40,094 nt of DNA from a virus. The DNA lies in IMG/VR virus record IMGVR_UViG_3300045988_174260; one strand, written 5' to 3'. Made by a program: the position numbers and the translations under genes. Position 1 is the first letter of the stretch. The number at the start of each line of letters is the position of its first letter. The notes beneath the pieces are model-generated. The model ran no database searches. It worked only from the letters and a program-made list of their open reading frames with translations, and was not told the origin of the DNA. Positions 1-6,311 of the stretch are shown here, piece by piece.

Positions 1-157
1 TTTTCTTCTCCATTGTTGTATCGGTTTTCTTCTCCATTGTTGTATCGGTTTTCTTCTTCATTGTTGTATCGGTTTTCTTCTCCATTGTTGTATCGGTTTT
101 CTTCTTCATTGTTGTATCGGTTTTCTTCTCCATTGTTGTATCGGTTTTCTTCTTCAT
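1..157. repeat. 24-bp tandem direct repeat with 6 full units plus a 13-nt partial unit. Consensus is TTTTCTTCTYCATTGTTGTATCGG, and position 10 is C or T in the pattern C,C,T,C,T,C,T.
   Basis: Read directly. Units lie at 1-24, 25-48, 49-72, 73-96, 97-120 and 121-144, with the partial unit at 145-157. There are no spacers between units. The array continues from the right end of the window. Confidence 0.97.
1..157 (-). CDS. N-terminal part of the octapeptide-repeat protein. The ORF starts at ATG 157-155 and continues across the circular junction into 40039..39771.
   Basis: The minus-strand frame through the 24-bp array is open and reads MKKKTDTT MEKKTDTT MKKKTDTT MEKKTDTT MKKKTDTT MEKKTDTT MEKK-. 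The ATG at 157-155 overlaps the TGA of the upstream micropeptide ORF (ATGA). Confidence 0.6.
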   Translation of the reverse strand, partial: MKKKTDTTMEKKTDTTMKKKTDTTMEKKTDTTMKKKTDTTMEKKTDTTMEKK

Positions 158-249
158 AGGCCGATTGCGTATAAAAAACTAATCCAAATTATTGCACCAG
201 CAATTAAAACAATTAAATCTTCTATTTTTTCTTTTATTTTTTTATTCAT
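154..249 (-). CDS. Unannotated 31-aa micropeptide, MNKKIKEKIEDLIVLIAGAIIWISFLYAIGL. It has a charged N-terminus followed by one predicted transmembrane helix.
   Basis: Hand translation of the minus strand. Its ATG (249-247) overlaps the TGA of the amidoligase ORF (ATGA). Its TGA (156-154) overlaps the ATG of the repeat protein (ATGA). It falls below the 60-aa cut-off of the ORF track. Confidence 0.5.
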   Translation of the reverse strand: MNKKIKEKIEDLIVLIAGAIIWISFLYAIGL

Positions 250-1496
250 ATATTTTCGAGTAATTTATATAATTCTTTTGTCATACATTTTTCTCTTAGA
301 AAAGATATATATTTCGGAGCAATCTCCTTTAATTCTAATAATGATATTTCTCTATTCTCCATCGCGAAGAGATAAGTAAAGTAGCAAAAATCTACTATTG
401 TTTTAATCCTTTCTTTTTTGACTGTTCCCTTGCCCCTCCTAAATTCTATTGTGGCATTATTACTGAAATTTAATTCACAATACCTATTATTCGAAATTTT
501 ATCAAAGAGGAGCTTTTGGCCTTTTGGGGATGCAGAAATAGGGTGGACGCCGTATTGTTTTAGCTCACAAACACCCGGAATTGTGAAACAGTATTGATTG
601 TTATCTCTTCCAAATATTTTATTAACCAGTTCGTAAGAAAGAGAGTAAAAACATTTTTTCAGCAAAAGTTCTACACTTCTTTCACACTTGATTCGTGAAA
701 CGTGAACATGTAGCCCCGTTTCTTTAGTTGATTGAGAATAAGAGCCGAATAACGGGAAAAATTCTTCGCATAGCAAATCAATAGCTCCATTTTTTTTCAA
801 CAATGATTCAATAGGCAAAGGTCGGGTAGTTAGTTCTGTTCCTCCTCTTTCGTCACGTAAGGAGCCGTCATGCTGGAAGTAAAAAAAATTAGAAAACTTA
901 TTGTAAATAGAACGGTTTTGGTGATAAAATTCTATTTCCAACCCTACAAGGGGAGCTTTTAGGGTTGAGTTTTCAGGGATCCAACCATGAGGCCGAAAGT
1001 GGTATCCGTTCATTTTTGTTTCTATCAAGTCTTTTTCCGAAAAATCACTTATAAGGAACTCCTTTGTGCTTAAATATCTCAAAGCCGGGAAGACATGCTC
1101 TATTATATAACTCCACTCTTTTTCCGGGATTTGTTTTAAAGTGAAGGCATCTAAGAAGCACTTAAAGATTTTTATAAAATCACTAGAGTATTTTTGTTTT
1201 TGGTTTAGCTCTTTGTCGGGAACTGGAATTATTGTTTGAGAAAAAAAATTACACATTGCCCATAGAGTTGCGTTCCTTATCAATTTAAAATTTTTTTTCT
1301 CAAGCACAATCCCGTTTAAATCTTTAACTCCTGCAAACCGCAAAAAAGCGGTTGCTTTTCTCCTTCTTAAATACAAGTCCTTTGCTTGTTGCGTCTTGTA
1401 GCCAAAATCAAAAATTTTATTTTCACAAAACAAATAGTAATTCTCTCTTACAAATTGTTTCAGAAATTCTACTTTATCTTTTTCTTTTTTATTCAT
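246..1496 (-). CDS. Amidoligase_2-type (glutamine-synthetase/GCS2-like) COOH-NH2 ligase with an unknown N-terminal domain of about 180 aa.
   Basis: The C-terminal half carries the ordered motifs GLEIEF, DGSLRDERGGTELTTRP, GLHVHVS, NRYCELN and ATIEFRRGKGT. These match my recollection of the Amidoligase_2 (PF12224) signature: GxExE, ExxS/TxP, GxHVH, RYxxxN, EFR. Confidence 0.72.
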   Translation of the reverse strand: MNKKEKDKVEFLKQFVRENYYLFCENKIFDFGYKTQQAKDLYLRRRKATAFLRFAGVKDLNGIVLEKKNFKLIRNATLWAMCNFFSQTIIPVPDKELNQKQKYSSDFIKIFKCFLDAFTLKQIPEKEWSYIIEHVFPALRYLSTKEFLISDFSEKDLIETKMNGYHFRPHGWIPENSTLKAPLVGLEIEFYHQNRSIYNKFSNFFYFQHDGSLRDERGGTELTTRPLPIESLLKKNGAIDLLCEEFFPLFGSYSQSTKETGLHVHVSRIKCERSVELLLKKCFYSLSYELVNKIFGRDNNQYCFTIPGVCELKQYGVHPISASPKGQKLLFDKISNNRYCELNFSNNATIEFRRGKGTVKKERIKTIVDFCYFTYLFAMENREISLLELKEIAPKYISFLREKCMTKELYKLLENI

Positions 1497-1497
1497 G

Positions 1498-2070
1498 TCA
1501 AATAATGATTCGGAGGTTTTCGTTTTTAGTATTCAGACCTGAATAAGTTTTCCATATGTCTCCAATAATTGAATTAGAATCGTGCAGTTTATAAAAGATA
1601 TTTTCGCTCAAATTCACCAACAACCCTTTTTTTTGTAAAATAATCCCACATTTTTTATAGTATTTTAGAGCTAAAAATTTGTTTGAAGAAAAGGCCCTAG
1701 TGATTGGATAGCTACTATTTAGTTTTTTTTCCTCATATTCGGGGAAATGGCCTAGGGTCGGTTTTGTTTTAAAACGGGCAGATGATAGCGGTTTAACCCC
1801 AACAATATAAACACCGGCGTTTTTTTTCCCGCCAGAAGTCCTAAGAACCGGCAAATAACCTAAAGTGTTTCCAAAAACAAAAATAGGGCTGATAAGCGTT
1901 TTTTGAGTTGTACCGGTATCTAAATTTTCTATTTTCGCGAAAAAATAAACGCTAATAAAGGATTGTAGGTCTCTAATTACAGAGCAATCATCTTGAGCGT
2001 GAATGGTTCCAGAATAAGCGGGAATTCTGCTTTTCGCGGTCCTGTATAGTTTTATTGAGTATTTATGCAT
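1498..2070 (-). CDS. Hypothetical protein (190 aa).
   Basis: Long ORF in a tightly packed minus-strand operon. There is 1 nt between its stop and the next start. No motif recognised. Confidence 0.6.
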   Translation of the reverse strand: MHKYSIKLYRTAKSRIPAYSGTIHAQDDCSVIRDLQSFISVYFFAKIENLDTGTTQKTLISPIFVFGNTLGYLPVLRTSGGKKNAGVYIVGVKPLSSARFKTKPTLGHFPEYEEKKLNSSYPITRAFSSNKFLALKYYKKCGIILQKKGLLVNLSENIFYKLHDSNSIIGDIWKTYSGLNTKNENLRIII

Positions 2071-2082
2071 GTTTTTTTAGAG

Positions 2083-2499
2083 TTATTCCCCGTAAAGGAA
2101 TTTTTTTGTGTTTAAAATTTCACCTTTATATGAAATTTTAAAATCTTTATTTTTCTCTACGCATAAGTGCGCATGAAGGAAAGCTTGCTCTTTTGTTAGT
2201 TTTATTGTTCGTGAGGGCAGGAACATAAATTTTTCTTCTAAAGCTTTATGCCAAATTTCATTTATTTCTCCAAATATCACTATTCCGAGACAAGGATAAT
2301 GTGCTTTTTCTTTGATTTGTATTTTTCTGTTTTTTTGCAAAATAAGAATTAGGCCTTTCTCTGTTTTTTTTAGTTCTTTAATTATTGTTACAACAGATAA
2401 AACGCTTCTTTTATTTTCTTTTAAAAAAATAATGATATGTGTTTTTTTTATTATTATTTTTTTTGAAGCATCTATAATGTTTTGAATTTCAACATTCAT
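2083..2499 (-). CDS. Hypothetical protein (138 aa).
   Basis: ORF in the same operon with AT-rich codon usage consistent with its neighbours. Confidence 0.55.
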   Translation of the reverse strand: MNVEIQNIIDASKKIIIKKTHIIIFLKENKRSVLSVVTIIKELKKTEKGLILILQKNRKIQIKEKAHYPCLGIVIFGEINEIWHKALEEKFMFLPSRTIKLTKEQAFLHAHLCVEKNKDFKISYKGEILNTKKFLYGE

Positions 2500-2782
2500 C
2501 GAGCGTCAAGGTTTTGAAGTTAAATCTATATTCTAATCCGTCCTTTAAAGGAGCCTTCCTAAAATCGCTCAATAAGTCTCCTTCGGGGCGGTTTTCTAGG
2601 CGAAAAATGAGCTTTCGAGGTTTTTTGGAGACGTCAAAAACCTCAATAATTGAGCCTAATCTCCAATCAGCTTTTATCATGCGGTGAAAGGTTCTAAGCC
2701 CGTGTGAAAAATTTAAATAAAGAACAGGGCAAACACGCCTTTCTTCTTGAGGGTTTTCAAACTCAAATTCAAAAACTTTCAT
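2489..2782 (-). CDS. Hypothetical protein (97 aa).
   Basis: ORF overlapping the downstream gene by 11 nt, which is typical operon packing. Confidence 0.55.
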   Translation of the reverse strand: MKVFEFEFENPQEERRVCPVLYLNFSHGLRTFHRMIKADWRLGSIIEVFDVSKKPRKLIFRLENRPEGDLLSDFRKAPLKDGLEYRFNFKTLTLDEC

Positions 2783-2786
2783 AGCT

Positions 2787-3134
2787 TCAAAAATATGCGA
2801 GATTATAAAAAATTAAATTTTCAAAAGGTGTTATCTTGTGCCATTTTATATAAATTCCAACTATTTCCGTTTTTGGTTCAAAGTGGTAATTATAAATAAA
2901 TTCCTTAAAATATTTATCTTCTTTCTTTTTTATTATTTCTATAGCATTAAATCTGATGCCGTTTAGCAAATCTATTAGTATTTTTTGTTCCAAAACGTTG
3001 GATAAGTTTTTTTTAAGCTGATATATTCGCCCTTGTTTTTCAAGGCTGATTTTTCCTTTTAGCTTTAAGTCTGTGTCTTTTCCTAAAAAATAGGCGACGG
3101 CTCCAAAATTTGTTGTATAATCAATAGAACTCAT
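2787..3134 (-). CDS. Hypothetical protein (115 aa).
   Basis: ORF in the operon. No motif recognised. Confidence 0.55.
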   Translation of the reverse strand: MSSIDYTTNFGAVAYFLGKDTDLKLKGKISLEKQGRIYQLKKNLSNVLEQKILIDLLNGIRFNAIEIIKKKEDKYFKEFIYNYHFEPKTEIVGIYIKWHKITPFENLIFYNLAYF

Positions 3135-3414
3135 ATTCCCTTTTCAAAAAAAACATATTGCTATAGTTAACGTCATAAAACAGTGAATTTCTTTTTTTCA
3201 AAATCTCTTCAAAGGATGATTTGCTTCTTTTTTGCTCTTCTATCATTGCGGATTCAGGGAAGGCATGAGCAAAATCAATATGCGCTTCGAGGTTTGGCAA
3301 TTCCTCCCCCGTTACTGGTCCTGCAAAGATAAAATAAATATTAGCGCGAACGAAAACAAAATACTTATCTTCTCTCTTTTTTTTAAAAACTTTCACAATA
3401 TGTTTAGCGTCCAT
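3121..3414 (-). CDS. Hypothetical protein (97 aa).
   Basis: ORF in the operon, overlapping the downstream gene by 14 nt. Confidence 0.55.
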   Translation of the reverse strand: MDAKHIVKVFKKKREDKYFVFVRANIYFIFAGPVTGEELPNLEAHIDFAHAFPESAMIEEQKRSKSSFEEILKKRNSLFYDVNYSNMFFLKREYEFY

Positions 3415-3446
3415 TAAGTGCGAAATTTACATGGTTAAAAAATTCT

Positions 3447-3593
3447 TCAGGCGATAAAAAAGTAAAGATAGTCTCGTAAGTCTTCTGCCTCCGTTACTAA
3501 TTCCAAAGCGTATTGTTTTACGCCTTTTTTCCATTTAGTTCGGGCGGGGCTTTTCAATATTTTTTTATTACTTCTTCTCTGTTGTTTTTTCAT
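3447..3593 (-). CDS. Unannotated small basic protein (48 aa): MKKQQRRSNKKILKSPARTKWKKGVKQYALELVTEAEDLRDYLYFFIA.
   Basis: Hand translation. Its ATG lies 1 nt downstream of the stop of the 3595..3834 ORF. It fills an otherwise empty 180-nt gap in a dense operon. Confidence 0.4.
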   Translation of the reverse strand: MKKQQRRSNKKILKSPARTKWKKGVKQYALELVTEAEDLRDYLYFFIA

Positions 3594-3594
3594 T

Positions 3595-3834
3595 TTATTT
3601 TATTCTTTTCTTCATGCCTTTTACTAACTCGCTCGCCCGTTTAGAGACGTTATCCTTAGTTCCTACGACAAAGGTTTGCCAACCGCAATTCATGCACCCG
3701 TATTCATAACTTCCCTTAGGGTTCTGCAATGTCTCATAAACCAAAACGTCCATCGGAAGCCGGCAAAATGGGCATCGCAACTTTTTAAATTTCTCTTGTT
3801 TCTTTTTTCCCATGTTTTTTGTTTTTTCTCTCAA
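3595..3834 (-). CDS. Small zinc-ribbon protein and first gene of the leftward operon. Possible nucleic-acid-binding regulator.
   Basis: Two Cys pairs, CPFC and CMNC, are spaced about 26 aa apart. Both termini are basic. Confidence 0.6.
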   Translation of the reverse strand: MREKTKNMGKKKQEKFKKLRCPFCRLPMDVLVYETLQNPKGSYEYGCMNCGWQTFVVGTKDNVSKRASELVKGMKKRIK

Positions 3835-3877
3835 GGGGTCTTTCTCTATTCTTCCTTCCGTCCCCTTTCATGTTTTT

Positions 3878-3905
3878 ATTCTATCTTTTTTCCCTCATAA
3901 GTCAA
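3878..3905 (-). promoter_or_regulatory. Sigma70-like promoter candidate for the leftward operon: TTGACT-N16-TAGAAT on the minus strand.
   Basis: The reverse complement of 3900-3905 is TTGACT and that of 3878-3883 is TAGAAT. The spacer is 16 nt. It lies about 45 nt upstream of ATG 3834. Relevance depends on the host, which may not use sigma70-type consensus promoters. Confidence 0.3.
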
Positions 3906-3975
3906 CAACTTTTATTTCTTTTTTTCTCAATTAGCAAGTTTTTTTCTCTCTCCCTCTAACCTCTTGTCAAACTGG

Positions 3976-4055
3976 TTTTTCCTCTTTCTCTTCCCTCCTC
4001 TTCCCTCCTCTTTCGCCTCCCTCCTCCCTCGGGGGGGGGCCTTTAGGGGGGGGGG
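3976..4055. repeat. Low-complexity, structure-prone tract. A 55-nt polypyrimidine run (one purine) contains TTCCCTCCTC twice. It is followed directly by G9, CCTTTA and G10.
   Basis: Read directly. 3976-4030 is all C/T except g4014. G9 is at 4031-4039 and G10 at 4046-4055. Confidence 0.9.
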
Positions 4056-4939
4056 CTACTCCTAACTCCATCGGATTTCTCCATCCTTTTTCTCGTTGCG
4101 GGTTCTTACCTCTTCCCGCTCCTCTTCGCTCTCTTGACCTTTCCATCGGTCAGGAGGGCGTAAGGGGGGATAAGCGGGGGAGTTAAACCCCGGCCGGGAC
4201 GAACCAGTTTGCCCTCTTCCTTAAAAATGGTTTCTCCCATAGTGGACCCTCTTTTGCCATTTTTACGTGTTTTTTTAGGCGGATCCGTCATAAGTAGCAA
4301 ACTGTTAGAGGCTAGCGAATTTTAAGAAAACCTGTGTTCCTAGGGCTTGCCAAAAATCGGGTTTTGTGCATGTTTCATGTTTATTTTCTCTAGATTGTCT
4401 CGCTCTTGAGTGTTTTTTTTGTAGAGCCTCGGCGATTCGGTGCGTGCTTTGAGCGGCCTTCAAACTGGCTCAAAAGCGTACCGATTCCGTTGCATTTGGG
4501 TGCCTTCTGCCTGCTTCTGCTTGTGTGCGCACCGACAATCTTCATAACTCGTTGACTGTCTATCATACTTCGCATAACACACATAATGCCAAATAGGGCA
4601 CATTTGAGGACAATCCCGAATATCGCGCTACAATGGGCCTAGCGCGCGCCGCATATCTGCCATGAGTAATGTATAGGCCCATCCTCTAAAAAGCCCGTGT
4701 GCGCAATCCTCGCAAGCCGTTTTTCGGGCAAATCGTAGTAATTAGAATAATTATTGAGGTTTTGCCCACTTTAGGCCATGTTGCGGCGTTGCTTCGGAGC
4801 CACCTAGCCATGAGGGACTGCAAGCCCGTCAGCACCGCACCACCCCTAGGTGCTTCTTGCTAGGACGTCCCTACAGGCGGGAGGCGGGGAAAAATCGCCG
4901 GGCGTTTCGCGCTGGACAAAGAAGGTATCACCCTGCATA

Positions 4940-5401
4940 ATGAGGGAAAAGGGAGAAGAGAAAGAGAAGAAAGAAATGGCGAGAAGAAGAGGAGACGTAG
5001 AGATGAACGTGAAATTAGTGAGAGAGTTGGTGGAAGAAGTGAGGGGGGAATTGGAGCGAGGGGAGGTGAGGACGGTAGAGGAGGCGTTATCGAAGCGAGG
5101 AGTGAGCCGGAAGCTGTTTAGGGAGATGGGGGGAATAGAGGAGTGGAAGGGAGAGAGGAGGAGAGGCGAGAGAGGAGGAGAGGAGCGGGAAGAGGAAGAG
5201 GAAATGGGGAAAGAGGAAATGGGGAAGTTTTTAAGTAGAGTGATAAGAGGGAGGGAGCTAGGGATGGGGGGAAAGGAGAAGATGAGTGCGGTAGGGTTGT
5301 ATATGAGGTTGAAGGGATGGGACAAGGTGAAAGAGGAGAGGGAGGAGCTGGTAGGAGAGGAGATGAGAGAGCTGCTGAAAAAAGACAAAGAAAAGAGTTG
5401 A
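4940..5401 (+). CDS. Highly charged E/R/K/G-rich protein (153 aa) with a possible helix-turn-helix.
   Basis: The ORF track gives 4850..5401. I moved the start to ATG 4940, where the purine-rich coding composition begins. A possible HTH is TVEEALSKRGVSRKLFRE. The frame choice is uncertain because stop codons are rare in all + frames here. Confidence 0.45.
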   Translation: MREKGEEKEKKEMARRRGDVEMNVKLVRELVEEVRGELERGEVRTVEEALSKRGVSRKLFREMGGIEEWKGERRRGERGGEEREEEEEMGKEEMGKFLSRVIRGRELGMGGKEKMSAVGLYMRLKGWDKVKEEREELVGEEMRELLKKDKEKS

Positions 5402-5436
5402 TGAAAGAGGAGGAGGAGAGATAAACTAAAGAGGAG

Positions 5437-6078
5437 ATGAGAAAAGGATTGGACGAAGTAAAGATAAGGAAAGAAGAGCTGGAACATGGCTTTTTGAGGG
5501 GGGTGAAGGAGATGGTGAGGCAGAAGGTGGAGATGGGGTTAATGCCATGGGGGCGGCGGGTATTTTATCCGAAGATGGTATTGAGGGCGAGGCCGCAGAA
5601 GTTGAGGGATTTTTTGATAGAGGAGGAGGTATGGGAGTTGCAGGAATGGAGCAAGGATTCATTGGAGAGCAATCCTGAGCGGCACCATTTGTACGAATGC
5701 GGAGGGAGGTATTATATGGGATTGTACTTTAAGAGTACGAGGGGGCGGAGCATAAGGAGGAAGCTAAGTTTAGGGACAAGGGAATTGGAAGAGGCGAAAG
5801 AGAGGAGGGACGAGTTTTATAAAGAGTGGAGAGGGAAGGGATTGAAATGGTATATGGCAGACGGGGCGAAATGGAATATGAAGTTACCGGGAGTGCCGGA
5901 GGTAGGAGAGTTGAGCAAATTAGACAAAAGGGCGCGGAAGGAGACGGAAGAGGCGGCGGTACAGGCGTTGAAGGAAGCGCGGGAGAGTTGGAAGAGGAGG
6001 AGGTGGGAGCAAGTGAGGAAGGAGGAGTATTGGGAGGCAGAGGAGAAGAGGAGCCGGAGTTTAAGGAAATGGAAATAG
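5437..6078 (+). CDS. Protein with an integrase Arm-type/AP2-like DNA-binding motif and an E/R/K-rich C-terminal helix. It has no recombinase catalytic domain.
   Basis: HHLYECGGRYYMGLYFKSTRGRSIRRKLSLGTRELEEAKERRDEF resembles the lambda Int N-terminal arm-binding pattern (LY..nGyY.yr...g....LG......A). The ORF is only 213 aa. Confidence 0.5.
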   Translation: MRKGLDEVKIRKEELEHGFLRGVKEMVRQKVEMGLMPWGRRVFYPKMVLRARPQKLRDFLIEEEVWELQEWSKDSLESNPERHHLYECGGRYYMGLYFKSTRGRSIRRKLSLGTRELEEAKERRDEFYKEWRGKGLKWYMADGAKWNMKLPGVPEVGELSKLDKRARKETEEAAVQALKEARESWKRRRWEQVRKEEYWEAEEKRSRSLRKWK

Positions 6079-6089
6079 GAGGTAAGGAG

Positions 6090-6287
6090 ATGGAAAAAGA
6101 AGTAGGAATAATGGTAAAGTTTGGGAAAGGAAAGGTAATGGAACTGCATTTGTTTCCGAACAAGGAGGCAATGAGGAAGTGGCGAGGAGAGGACAGCGAG
6201 CAAGACGCAGAGGGGGAGTACCGGGAGTGGAGCGTACCGTTGGAGGTGATAGAGGACTTATGGGCGGCGGCGATGGGAGAGGAATAA
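6090..6287 (+). CDS. Small hypothetical protein (65 aa).
   Basis: This is the distal part of track ORF 5826..6287. The proximal 250 nt overlap the 5437..6078 CDS in another frame. ATGs at 6069, 6090 and 6111 are all possible starts. Confidence 0.35.
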   Translation: MEKEVGIMVKFGKGKVMELHLFPNKEAMRKWRGEDSEQDAEGEYREWSVPLEVIEDLWAAAMGEE

Positions 6288-6311
6288 AAAATTAGAATAA
6301 TAATAAAAAGT

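Noticed and set aside
1-157. Possible CRISPR array (regular 24-bp repeats).
   Set aside because: The units are directly adjacent with no spacers, and they lie inside an open reading frame. This is a tandem repeat, not a CRISPR array. No cas genes are present apart from a stand-alone Cas4-like nuclease typical of phage recombination modules.
1498-2070. Possible AIG2/gamma-glutamyl cyclotransferase partner of the amidoligase (IFVFGNTLGYL resembles the FVYGTL motif).
   Set aside because: The motif is internal (about residue 65) rather than N-terminal, and it is the only resemblance. That is too weak without a profile search.
4106-4584. Two 64-aa minus-strand ORFs (4106..4300 and 4390..4584) in the divergent control region.
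   Set aside because: They have no operon context, are basic and low in complexity, and lie in a region with many stems. I kept them as unresolved rather than calling genes. A homology search could rescue 4106..4300.
5437-6078. Integrase or lysogeny module.
   Set aside because: Only the arm-type DNA-binding motif is present. There is no recombinase catalytic domain, no repressor/Cro pair and no att-like repeats that I could see, so I do not call the phage temperate.
5826-6089. N-terminal 88 codons of track ORF 5826..6287, and the other overlapping + strand ORFs (6764..6970, 6954..7151).
   Set aside because: T-poor sequence makes stops rare in all three + frames. These segments overlap better-supported CDSs (the Arm-like protein, the amidase and the 163-aa ORF) in alternative frames.
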